A DNA stretch of 64,000 nt from Amoebidium appalachense (lineage: Eukaryota; Protista; Ichthyosporea): NCBI GenBank assembly GCA_963693365.1, contig CAVNZM010000003.1:7125312-7189311 (forward strand). Reading direction: 5' to 3'. Below the pieces are notes generated by a model that was not told where the DNA came from, ran no database searches, and saw only the letters and a list, made by a program, of their open reading frames with translations. The translations under genes were made by a program, and so were the position numbers. Every line of letters starts with the position of its first letter. Position 1 is the stretch's first letter. This document shows positions 46,376-59,081 of this stretch, in pieces.

Positions 46376-46963
46376 CACTATAGTAACTGTTAAAAACAAG
46401 CTATGAGCACAGATAGATATAAAACGGCAAGCAAGCAACATACAATCACTCGACAATTTTGTTAGCCTTCCTAAAGTCACAAAATGTATTGACAGTTACT
46501 TCGTTTCAAAGTTGGAATTTCTCTCTGTTGGGCAGGTGTGTGATCCGGTTGGTTGGATGTATACTACACGTTTATGGCAAGACATGGGCCCAGTACAGAC
46601 GATATGCCACATGCACGAACACAATCATATGCAGCACACAGATGGAAGGAATGGAAACACATTCTACACCAACCACAAAAGACAGGCTCATGCAACGGTT
46701 AACATTTTGCTTCAGTGCTTAGGCTCACATCCACGCATATTGACACAGTGGGAAATGCTAAGGAAATGCCATGCACTCCTCCTATGCAAACGGCTTTCTG
46801 CCTACATGTGTTTCTGACTGGTTTGCTAACCATGGTGCCCCCCTCCTCCCCTCTCTCTCTCTCCCCCCCCTCCCCCCCCCCTTTCTTCCCCATCTTTCCG
46901 CCCCTCTTTTCCTTTCCTTTTTCTCACCTTGTGCACAAACCCGTGCCTGCTTGCGCGAACACA

Positions 46964-47014
<51 letters not shown>

Positions 47015-48027
47015 GCACGCACGCACACGCACACACACACAACAGTGAGACCGGGCCCACGGATTGCGGTAAGTACCCCATGTCTCCCCACATGAACCCC
47101 CCTTTCCCCCCTCCCCCTCCCCCCCCTCCCCCGGCATCTTCACCACCTTTGTGATTCACAACCCCCCAAACATGGGAACGGGTGAGGGGGGGGGGGGGGG
47201 AATCTTTTTTTTGTGGATCCAATGGATATGGGAGGCATAGCACCCAAGTGCAATTTCAGACTCTAGACGAATGAGCAGCACCTCCCTACCCCCCCCCCAA
47301 TCCACCCACCCTCTCCCCCCGCCCGCCCGTCCGCCCCTGCCTGTGACGTCTGCTCGTATAAGTAACCCTGCTCGTTTCCGATCTAAGGCAGATGTTGCAC
47401 CCATGTTCAAGTGAAACAGTACTTGAGTTGGACTTCCTTGACGAGGTGCATTTAATGGGGGAAATGGATTGGGTGCGATGACTTGGTCCCACCCTGAAAT
47501 TGGGCTCTTCTTATTATGCTATTATTATTATTATTCTTATTATTACTCTTTGTGTATGTTACAGGTTTGTACTTTGTATTATTCTGTACCGCTATCTGAC
47601 CCCCCCCTCCCCACCTCCCCCCCCCCCCCCCCCTCTCTCCATGGGCTCTGCTTATTATGCATACTCTTTATGTATGGCTTGCATTCTGCATCGTGTTATC
47701 CGTTTGTTCTTGTGTACTTCGTACTTTTTGACGCATTCAAAACCCCCCCCTCTCTCCCCCCACCCACCCCTCTCCCGATGTTGAATCCTCTTTTCTCCCC
47801 ATCCCCCTTTTCCGGTGTTGAATCCCCAGCTCTCTGGTTACATGACATGAACAGACACGCCGCAGGGAATTCTCCCCTGTTCCCCTCCTTCCACTCCCCA
47901 ACTACTTTGCAGTGTGCACACATTCTAACCAGCACCCCCGATACCCTCCTCCTCCGCCCTACACCTCAATCTCTTCCTTCCCCTCCCCTCATCCTCTCTC
48001 CTAAAACATACACACACACACACACAC

Positions 48028-48061
<34 letters not shown>

Positions 48062-49512
48062 CCAGGGCAAGCGCCTCTCCCTGCGTGAGAGCTATGATGA
48101 GCTTCGTGCGGTCCTTCCCATACTGGACACGTTTGACAAGCCAACCACCATCACCCTCTTACGTAAGGCCAACGAGTACGTGCACTTCATCAAGCAGAAG
48201 GGGGGGACCTAGAGGCGGCAAAGGCAAACCTGGTGAAGGAGAATGGAAGCCTCCAGAACAGAATTGCACAGCTGCAGCAGCAACTGCACTCGTTGCAGGA
48301 GGTGTGTGCAAGTGGTTGGGGTGGGCACATGAACGTGATGGAAAGCACTGCCCAAGGATGGGTCGTGTGAGCACATGCGCGCACATTCCTTTCATGGAGG
48401 ACTGGCGAGGTGTGTTTTGGGGGGGAGGGGGGGGGGGGGGTTGCGGGGAGGGGAGGAAGGGGTGGGGTGGAGGGGGGGGGGGGGGGGGGGGGGGTAAGAA
48501 TCTTAGAAGGATACACATAGACGGACATATTTGCAAACTGTGTACAAGATCATATACAAACCACACCTTGTGGCCCAGGTTGAAGGAACCGGCTACAATG
48601 TACTGCCTTACATCTTACATGGCCTTAACCCCTCTCACCCTCACCCTCCTCCCCCCCCCGCCTCTTCCCCCTTTTGCTGACCCTCCATCCCTTGCAGCAG
48701 GCCAGCAAGGGTGGTGCCGTGACCCGCACAGCCTCTCTGCCCGTGCAGGGCATACAGGATGGCCTGGCTGAGCCCTTCCGCTTTGACGACGGGTATGTGG
48801 GGGGTTGGATGGGGCACTAAAACTAGATGACTGACTCGAAGAAGCATACACACCAGACCTCTTCATGAGATCCACACACACACACCCTGGTAGCATGGTC
48901 ACGAAGCACACCGCATGCACACTGAATCACTTGCACATTACTGGAGCCGATCAATTTATTGGATCATTACACTATCTGCAGTTTGTCTTTCACCTTTCAC
49001 TCAGTCAAAACAAAACAGTACCCCACTTCCCAGTGTTGTGCATTCATCCTTTTGCTCGTTTCCACAGATGCCATGCCATATCATGCCAAATCACACACCA
49101 TCATGCTATATCATGATATACCCCTGGCTGTTTATAACTTAACTTGTACAGTGTGAAACATTACCTCCCCCACACCTCCCTTTCCCTCCCCCGTCTGTTC
49201 TAACAACCTTCCCCCTCCAACCCCCCCCTCCAGGCCCGGCCTAATGAACCCACTTGGGCCCAAACCCGGCATGATGCGGCCAGGCCCCCCTTTTGGAAAG
49301 ATGATGGGCCCACCTGGCATGCCCCCCTCCACCACAATCCCCTCTTTCGCCCCAAGTACGTCCTTCCCCCCCCCCCCCCCCCCCCCCCGGGTCAGACGAT
49401 CATATAAACCTAAATGCCCCCTCTTCCAACAACAAGTATCATGTGAGACTCTCCCTCCCCCCTCCCCCCTTCAACGCGCTCATACACAACATCCGCCCGT
49501 CCCCATTTCTGA

Positions 49513-49561
<49 letters not shown>

Positions 49562-50770
49562 ACCCACACATACACACACACCTTCCCCGTCCCCCTCTCC
49601 CTCCCTTCTTCCCCACGCACTCCTCACAAGCAAACATGCCCAATCCTCCGACAGACGTGCATACTGCCACAATTGTCACAATCGTCTTCCTCGATTTCTA
49701 ACACAATAGTCATTCCCCCCCTCCCCACCCCTTCACCTCCCCTTCTCCCCCCCCCCCCCTCTCCCCTCCTTCACCTCCCCCTCCCCCCTCCCCTTGCCAC
49801 ACACACCCTTCACACACCCTACCCAAAGCAACACACTCACTCCCCCCCCCCCTCGCCCCTTCACCCCCCTTCTCCCCCTCCCCTCCAGCCCACGCAACAC
49901 TGCCGGCCGGTCTCAGTCCGTTCCCACCCCGATTGTTCTTGACGGCAACCCCATCATCGGCCCATCGACCCCCCTAAAATTTGAGCACAACGCCTTCATT
50001 GCTGGTGGCCAGGCCGCACGCAGGAGCACCCAGCGGTTCACCCAGACAGCTACCATGCCCCTCACTATTGCATCCCCCTCACAGGTGTGTGAAAGGATCC
50101 CCCCCCCCCCCCCCCCCCCCCAAACACACACACATGCGCACACCCGGGGATGGCTTGCCCCCCCCCCCCCCTCCCCCCCCCCCCCCCCCCCTCCTTCCCC
50201 CCCCTGAAGATGGACTTAGCGAATGTTTCAACACCACCACACCAACCCACCGCTCACCCACCCACCTCCCCCCTTCACCCAAACACACACATACCCTCTG
50301 CACACACACCCATCCCCGCGCCCCAGAACTGCATGTTTTTGACCACGCCTGTGTGCTCTTTGTGTTGTGCCCATGCCACGTGAGGTGAGGGTGGGCTCTC
50401 AGGGCTGTGTCCTCATGTCACTCCCCCCTCCTTCCTCTTTCCTCCTTCCAAAAGACTTGTTTCTTAGTCTGTTTTCGCCCATATCCCCTCTCCACATTGC
50501 TAAATATCACCTACTTGACAATTCTCCCCTCCCCCCTCCGCCCCCCTCCGCCCTCCCCCCCCCCCCTCCCCCCCATCCTCCCCTCCCCATGCCAAAGAAG
50601 CCATCAATCTGTCCTGTATACAACCGTGCATTGTCTGTTGGTTCTAATCCTCCCTCCTCCCACTCCCCCACCACCACCACTACCTTTCCCCAGTCCCCAT
50701 TTCCCCTCCTCGCTTTCCCTCCATGACCACTGCACGCATACACGCATATGTGCTCACATACGAAGACACG

Positions 50771-50826
<56 letters not shown>

Positions 50827-51529
50827 GACGCGCAGCATGTCACGGCTCCAACAGCGCCGTCACTCCCTCGTCGGGGACAGTCTAGCCCCCCAAGCCATCA
50901 GCGAGGAAACAGACACAAAACCCTTCCCTTCGACCCCCCCAGCCCTCAACAACAACCAAAATCTCAACCAAAACATCAACCGGCCACTGCCCCCCCTGGG
51001 CATGAACCCATCGGGGCGAAATTTGTTTGCGGGGTCCATGCCCGTGCTGCCTGAGCGCGGGGGGTATGGGGGGGCCAACGGTGGATTGGACGGTTCCATG
51101 TCCCTGGACGGGTCGTGTCATGACGGAGATCTGGGGCTGAGTCTGGGGGGAGACCTCCCACCACTGATGCGGAGAGATAAGGGCGATGGCATGGACTTGG
51201 ACTTTTTGGACATCCCGGGGCTGGGTAACCCAATGAGGTGGGGTCCTTGTGGAATTTCGGTTTTAATGAGAATATGGTGTGGGTTTTGGGTGCACACTTC
51301 GGGTTTTTGAATTGCTGAAATTCGTGTTGTTTGGATGATTAGTTGCATTCCATGGAAAGGTCCTGTTAGATCTCTGGTTGATATCCTCCGTACTATATTC
51401 CATACTTGGATATCTAGTAATGATTCAATTTTGTTCTTTTGAATATCACTGACTTGCATGCTTCTATTTGGATTTGATTTCTTGCATAAGTGTTCAAGCA
51501 GTGAATGGATGGCGCGGAAAAAAAAAAAA

Positions 51530-51571
<42 letters not shown>

Positions 51572-51865
51572 TAAGGTTGATGTGAATAAATGCTTCGTTG
51601 ATGCAAGCAAAAGATGGTATATTTCTATTATTATTTTTTAGATACCATGAAAACCTGCCATAAAAATGCACTCTTGATAAACTGCATATGTGAGATAGAA
51701 GAAGGAGACGAAGTGGCATGAATGGTGGTGGGGATTTTTACGGAGAATGGCCTTGTGGTGGTAACAATAATGGCTCACTGATCATCCCTTCTTCTCCCCA
51801 ATAATTCATACAAACAAACCCCCCTGCCCCTCACACACACACACACACACACTCACACTCACTCA

Positions 51866-51950
<85 letters not shown>

Positions 51951-52027
51951 CATGGACATGAACCATCAGACTGAGTGTGTTGACCTGGACCGCATTCGGG
52001 CTGAGCTGCGATGCATGGGGGGTACGT

Positions 52028-52083
<56 letters not shown>

Positions 52084-52740
52084 CGGTGTGTACTTGTATG
52101 TTTGCGTGCTTGTATGTTTGCGTGCTTGTGTGTGTGTCTTTTTAAGTGAATTTGCACATGTGCACATACATGTAAGTTGACCCCGTGCGTGTGTTCTGTG
52201 TGTCTTAAGACGTGCGTGTGTTCTGTGTGTCTGTTCGGTGCATGAGCATCTGTGCCTTAAATTGTTAGTGTGTGGCGCATGCTTGTGCATGCATGCATAA
52301 ATGTTTGTGTGCAGATATTTTTCTGTATGCATTTGTGTGTGTGCGCGCAATGCATGAATGTGTACATGCATGGGTATTTGTGCTTGCAATGATATTTGTA
52401 TTTGGGTGCTACCAGTAATTTGTGTGTGCTCGCGTTGATAGTTGTGTGTGCATGGATTAGAGTGTGTGCATGTGTGGGCATGCTTGCATGGGGTGCCGGT
52501 CTATGGTGGCTGGGCTGCATTAGGGTGATGGTTGTTTGAGCCACTGCACATAGTACGAGCAGGCGGTGGATTGGAATCATTGGGTGTTGTGTCGTGCCTA
52601 TGGTGTTGCCCCGTGCACAGATGGGATACATATATTAGGTGGCCCTGGTATGCTGTGGTCGGGATATGTTGTGTAGAACCACCCGGGGGGCGGGGGCGCA
52701 GGGGCGCGGGGGAGGGAGGGAGGGGCATACCGTGTCAACG

Positions 52741-52784
<44 letters not shown>

Positions 52785-52845
52785 ATGCATGCACATGTGA
52801 TGTGTGTGGAACTTACCAGATGTCCATGCAGACCTAGATGGCTGA
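45158..52845 (+). CDS. HLH-leucine-zipper protein (Max/Mlx/Myc-type fold) lacking a canonical basic region; 1-nt frameshift in a G7 run as assembled
   Basis: Exons 45158-45213, 47046-47068, 48061-48301, 48698/48701-48792, 49234-49355, 49396-49435, 49889-50084, 50828-51237, 51951-52021 and 52820-52845 are phase-consistent once one G is added at 48200-48206. HLH: KRLSLRESYDELRAVLP..KPTTITLLRKANEYVHFIK. Zipper: LEAAKANLVKENGSLQNRIAQLQQQLHSL. Confidence 0.82.
47641..47742 (+). mobile_element. Poly(C)-ended dispersed repeat, copy E (older or a subfamily), with 15-bp TSD
   Basis: ATGGGCTCTGCTTAT...GTACTTCGTAC...GCATTCAAAA, flanked by CCCCCCCCTCTCTCC at 47626-47640 and 47743-47757. Confidence 0.75.
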
Positions 52846-53758
52846 ATGCACCCTTTTGGCGACAACGGGTGATTGGGTGATGCATGGCAACCAATCACGT
52901 GAAGTATTAGCATCCGGCAGTTCGAATGGCTCCACCCTATTGGCTAATATCAACCGCTGCTGCGTCTTCTTGAGTGATTCTTTTTAGCTGAACGTGTACA
53001 TACTCTGTGCGTACGATCCTTTTTATAATGTGCGTATGCATTGGTGTCCATCGCTGTGGCTGATGAATTGTATGCATGTACAGGTCTGGGCAAGTAGTGG
53101 TAACACCGGGATGCACATCCACACACACCTTGTATTGCTGAAAGTGCGTTGATAGATTTCATATGAGAGTGCGTGTAGATATGTCTTGCCTGCACGGCTT
53201 TAGAAGCAAAAACAAAATAGCACGCCCACAGTGGTGATTGTTACAGTAGAAGCATGCACCGTGCATGTTATCTCTTGATTTCCAGCCTTGAGCCACAAAT
53301 AACCATGTATGCCCCATGTCTGCGGTGATATCATGACATCTAGCGGTTTACTATCATGCCCTATATATAATCCCATGCCACCCGATAGGCTGGTTATCAT
53401 CCTAGTGTAGTTGTCATATGACCATATATGGTCAATCTAGCGGTCATGTGACCATATATGGACATATACACCCTGTACATCCACCAACACGGGTCTAAGG
53501 TTGTCACTGAATGGTGTCGGGAACAAACATTGTCAATAAATTTGGTTAACAGCTAACAATAATTCACAATTTTGTGGGGAAAAGACAACAATAGAGAACT
53601 CTAACCCTGCCCTGTGCTAGTAGTCTACGTGTATTCAATGATTCGTTTCCAATTGGTTGACATGGGCTGCGGGCCGGAGCCTATTGATGCCATTTTGGTG
53701 CTGCAGTGTCATGCAAGTTATTACTACTACACGGTGATGAAATAGCGACATACCCCCC

Positions 53759-53789
<31 letters not shown>

Positions 53790-53826
53790 ACACACACACA
53801 GTCACACAAACACACAAACATACACG

Positions 53827-53888
<62 letters not shown>

Positions 53889-54167
53889 ACACACACACAC
53901 ACAAACACGCGCATACACACACACACACACTCACTCACTCACTCACTCACGCACACACACACACACACGTGCACTCGGCCTCTGAATCATTGAGAAGTGG
54001 TCACCCCGCGGCCGTAGGTGTAAGGGTTCTCGTTGAATCATCAGAACTGGCCCGAGGCATTTCTTAGGCACAGATCATGCGCTCACTGAGATAGACATGT
54101 GTGAACATTGGCTCGAGGTGGGCAATTGTGTGCAGACATCCCACAGAGTGCACATGTACACTAATAC

Positions 54168-54198
<31 letters not shown>

Positions 54199-54334
54199 AC
54201 AAAAAAAAAAAAAAAAAAAAAACACACACACAAGTGTACACACACAATTTCATTTACTTCTCTGATCACCCACGACCCACCAACACATCAAATAAACCCT
54301 CTTTAATTGACTAGTCCCCCCCCCTCCCCCCCTC

Positions 54335-54441
<107 letters not shown>

Positions 54442-54448
54442 CCTGGGG

Positions 54449-54872
54449 AGGGCCCAACCATATCGGCAGAGTCAACTTGCAAAACGCAGAACTATTCTGC
54501 AAAAGCAGAATTTTTCTGCAAAAGCAGAATAATTCTGCAAAAAGCAGAAGTATTCTGCAAAAGCCTTAATCACTCCGCTTTTAGCAGAATTATTCTGCTT
54601 TTAGATTATTCCGCAATAGCAAAATTATTCTGCTTTCGACAGCAACAGCAGAAAGATTCTGCTTTTAGCAGATCGGTTCTGCTGTTGCAGAATGATTCTG
54701 CTTTTTAGCAGATTGATTCTGCTTTTAGCTGCAGAACGATTCTGCTTTTGCAGATTAGTCCTGCATTTGCAGAATAACTCGGCTTTTAGCAGAATAAATT
54801 CTGCCTTTTGCAGAGTAATACTGAATGATTCTGCTTCGGAGCAAGTTGACTCAGCCGATGTGATTGGGCCCT
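54449..54872. mobile_element. Foldback-like MITE, 424 bp
   Basis: 32-bp imperfect TIRs AGGGCCCAACCATATCGGCAGAGTCAACTTGC / GCAAGTTGACTCAGCCGATGTGATTGGGCCCT. The interior is made of AAAAGCAGAAT/ATTCTGCTTTT modules. No clear TSD. Confidence 0.85.
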
Positions 54873-56774
54873 GCCCCCCCCCCCCCCCCCCCCCCCTCTC
54901 TCTCTCTCTTCTCCCAGGATCCCCCCCCCCCCCCCCCCCCCCTCCTCTTTCTCCTCCCAGGATCCCCTCCCCCCCCCCCCCCCCCCCCCCCGGGCCATAT
55001 ATTTCTCTCACAGATTTCCCGCTTATAAGCTTAGTCACTCCCTTTCAAAGTTTCTTTGTCTCTCTCTCCCTCCCCCCATTCCTTTTAAATTTATAGCTCT
55101 CTCTCAACTCGAGACTCTCTCTCTGTCTTTCTGAGGGCCTGGGCTCTGACATTGCCTCTTTCTCTGAGACTCTGTTTCTCTCCCTTTCCTTCCCCCTCTC
55201 GAGCTCCCTCTCTGAGACTCTCGGACCCCCCTCGGAGTCCCCCAGTTTCTTTAAAAATCTTAGGCTACTGTAGCTCCGGGGGATCCCTCTCTCAGAATCT
55301 GATCTCTTGAATTCTCTCTCGAGCTCGAGCTCGAGCCTTCCCTGCATTCCAAAAACTCGCTTAAACATAAACATAGCTCTAATCTAGCTTTCTCTTGCGG
55401 AATTCTCTAGTTCTCTCACCACGTTTCACCTGATTCTACGTAGCTCTCTCTCTCTCTCGACTCTGTCTCTCCGATGGAAACTCAGGCCGGCAGCCCCCCA
55501 CCCCCCCACCTCTAGGATCACTCCCCGTGCCACGGCTCCAGTATGCATGCATGCATATGCATGGGCACGCACCAACATCATCATGCCCCACACGCACACA
55601 ACACATGCATGCAAAACTCGATGAACATGTACACTTGATCAACATCATAGGCAACTGCAATATGAAGCACGTAGATAGTGTGCCCGTACATGAAATTCAA
55701 AGTTGAACGAAGGTAGGCTGAGCACATGCATGAATAATATGAGCATGATGATTGCCGATTGCAAGACTAGCATTACTGTGTTTTGCTGAATGAAGATTGT
55801 GGGGGTAGCCAAATGGACGTGCTGCCTTGGGCATTGGCTCTAGGAAAGATACGGTCACCTGAGTGCCCCCGTTTGTCTGGTGCACACATGCATCACCGTG
55901 AATGGTGCCACACACCCATACAGGTGTGGCTGAGCGTGCACACACCACACACAGTGAATGATGCCACTTGGCCATCAAATTTTGAAGCGTTGATCGGAAC
56001 GAAGGTGGAAGGTGAAATTGGTGGGTGGGGAGGAATCCGGAAACTCTGGTGCCCAGGAACGAACCGTATGGATTTGGTCCTCCCCCCCCCCCCCCCCCCC
56101 CCCCACTTCCTCCCCAGATCAATTTCCCGAACTTGGAACGGAGATAGCCTGTGTGTGACTGCAAGCACCTGACTGACTACGAGAGAAAGAAACAGACCAA
56201 AGTGTCACCCAGGTCTTCAACCAAAAAAACAAAAGTGACACGGTCCATGTTCATCCACGCAGGCCCCCCTGTAGGCAGGGATTCCGTGCATGCCTTTTCA
56301 CGGATGAATCGTCACCTGCTTTCCTGCAACAGCGGGCATCCCCCCTAACACACACAACACACATCGGGACATTCTGCCCCATGCACACACAATAGTGCAC
56401 CCGAAAAGTGATAACATGGGGATGGGGTACATAACCACAAGAAGGACAAGGCGCAACAATGCAGGGTGATGACCATGTATTCATTCGTGCTCACTCACGC
56501 GCACTACCGGAGACCACACACAGAACCCCAAACACACACACACACGCTTGCATCATACACTCAACCCACAGCGCCGTTATGATAACACACACAAGGTCCT
56601 GTATATGCATATGCCACCCAAACACACCCACACCCACGCAGCACCCTTGCTTTATCAAACCACTCCACGCTCTCCCCCCCCCTCCCCTCCCCCCACCCAC
56701 ACACGGCAGCTGGAATCCGCAGACATTACTGCACAAGTACAGAGCCCTTTTAGGCACACACAGTGTGGGTGTAT

Positions 56775-59081
56775 TTAGAACTTGAGGGCGTGGGGGTACT
56801 GGCCCTTGGTCAGGGTGAAGGGGGCCTTAAGGTACTGGCGCAGCATGGGCGTCTTCTTGACGGCCGCCAGGATCGATGCATCCACAGCCTTCTGGTCCGC
56901 AACACGGCCCTCCGCAAGCGTCTTCTTCTCAGCAAACTGCAAAGAATCACTCAGCACGGGCACATGTGACAGACAGACACGTGTACAGCCTCCTACCGGC
57001 ATGTGCAAACACACGGACATGTACACACCCACCACTACGTGCACACCCATCCATGCCTGCACGTGCCTCCACGCACACACGTGCAGGATGTCCATACCGC
57101 CATGTGCATACACAAGCACGCCAATCCCTTCCAGTACGTGCAAACACAAACACCCGTACCCGGCCCGCATGCACACGTGTCACGTCACGTACCCAAAGTG
57201 CCCATAGCCACGTGCATATCATGCATGCACAAACACCCACCACCCAAGTACACAGTTGCATGTACACCCCCCCCCCCCCATCCCCCCACTGCAGTCCAAA
57301 TCTACCTCTCAGTGTCTTTCCCCCTCTTCCTCTCACGTGACCACCAGTCAACTGTACACACACTGCCACCCACCACCCACACGATTCCTCTTCGACCAAG
57401 CCCACAAAGCTACTGAGCATTGGTCCCTCGTCGAGGTGCGCCCCTTCCCCCCCCCCCCCCCCCCCCCTCCAGAAAACACCCCATGCATGACAGAAACAAC
57501 AGGAAAAAAAATTGTGTGTGCATGTTTGTGAAACAACCTCCCGGCATGCACACAGCGCCCAGTCAGCACATGGTGCCCGTGCTTATTGTGGTAGTGTGTG
57601 TGTGCACGCACAACCTGCATGGTGGTGCAGAATACATGCTACTGGTGTGTGACTCGACAGGTGTACGTGCTCGAATACATGACCCCATGCCACACACATG
57701 GAGTTCAAAACATGGATCCCACACCACCATACCCCCTATAAATTCGGGTTTCCCAACTAGCAACGACCAATGCATCGAGAGGATGGCTAAGGTGAAGAGC
57801 ATGGGTGCAACATGCAATGTTTAGTGGGCGAATGGCAGGTGGTGGAACTGTGGGTGCACGTGCAGTGAAAAGGCATGTGGCCGGGTGCTCAACCCCCCCC
57901 CCCTCCACACACACACGCGCGTACCCCACCTAGGGTGCACTGCTTGCATGCATGCACACAAGCACTCAACCTACCCGCTTGGTGAAGTCCTTCTCGCTCT
58001 TCTCGCCCTTGGCAGGGGCGGGGCGCTTGAAGTAGGCATCGTTGAACTTCTCATCAACGCTCACGCCAGACAGGTCCACTGCACACACATGCACTCAGCA
58101 CGCGCATACATGCACATGGCCCTGGCAGGACTAATACACACAATATCTAAACATTCTATGGAGCATGGCCACAAACACACATCTATACATGAGGCACCAC
58201 CAACATTAAGTGCAAAAGAAAAATAATAAATAGTATACAGCGCAATGCACATCATTGGGGTGTGCAGGGCACAAAACCCACACATAACTAAAGACGTGGG
58301 GGTTGGGACACCACAAACATGACGTTTAAAGCACCAAAAGCCTTTGACCAAGCATGTGCACCTACTGGCTGCAAGCAAGCACGTCACAGTGTGTGCGTCT
58401 GTACTGTGTGCATATATTTCCCCCCAAGCGCGTGCATGCGTGTGCCCCTGCAGCTGTTCTGTGCATCACCTGCAAGCACACATCCCCCCCCCCCCCCCCC
58501 CAAACACACGTACCCTTTGCGGAGGTGGCAATGACATATGCCTGGTTGATGCGGCGCAGGGGCACACCGTTGACCTTGAACGGGCCAGTCACCAGCAGCA
58601 GCCCGGAGGCCAGCTGCTTGAGGAACACCACACGCTGCACAGCCAACACACCCCCACCTGTCACCACCATGTATCCAATCACCCCACCCCCGAAGCACAC
58701 ATCTGTACACCCCCCCCCCCCCCATGCATCACCCTGCCCCCCCCCCACCTTGCCACGGAACTTGCCGGACAGCACGACCAGGACGGTGCCGGGGGTGATG
58801 GAGGAGCGCAGCTTGGCCGGGCGGGCCACCTTGCGGCAGGCCAGGGGCTTGGGCACATCCTCGGCGGGGTAGAAGCGGGGGGCCTTCTGGACGGGCACCA
58901 CGCGCTTACCGCCATTCTTGTCACCCTTGACCTCCTTGGTCTTGGTGGCGGCCTTGACCTCCTTGGTGGCTACCGTGGCATTCTTGGGCCGCTTGTACAG
59001 GTGGCGCAGCTTGTAGACCTTGTGCCGGGGCAGCCGGGCAACGCCCTTGACGAGGGCACTGTTGAGCGGCGCGCGTGCCAT
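56775..59081 (-). CDS. RPL6: 60S ribosomal protein eL6
   Basis: Exons 59081-58749, 58634-58514, 58078-57975 and 56936-56775. Motifs: [74 protein letters not shown]. An AG directly before the ATG suggests a 5'UTR intron. Confidence 0.97.

Noticed and set aside
55746-55790. Box C (ATGATGA) and box D (CTGA) snoRNA candidate
   Set aside because: It spans only about 45 nt, with no terminal stem and no recognisable rRNA guide.
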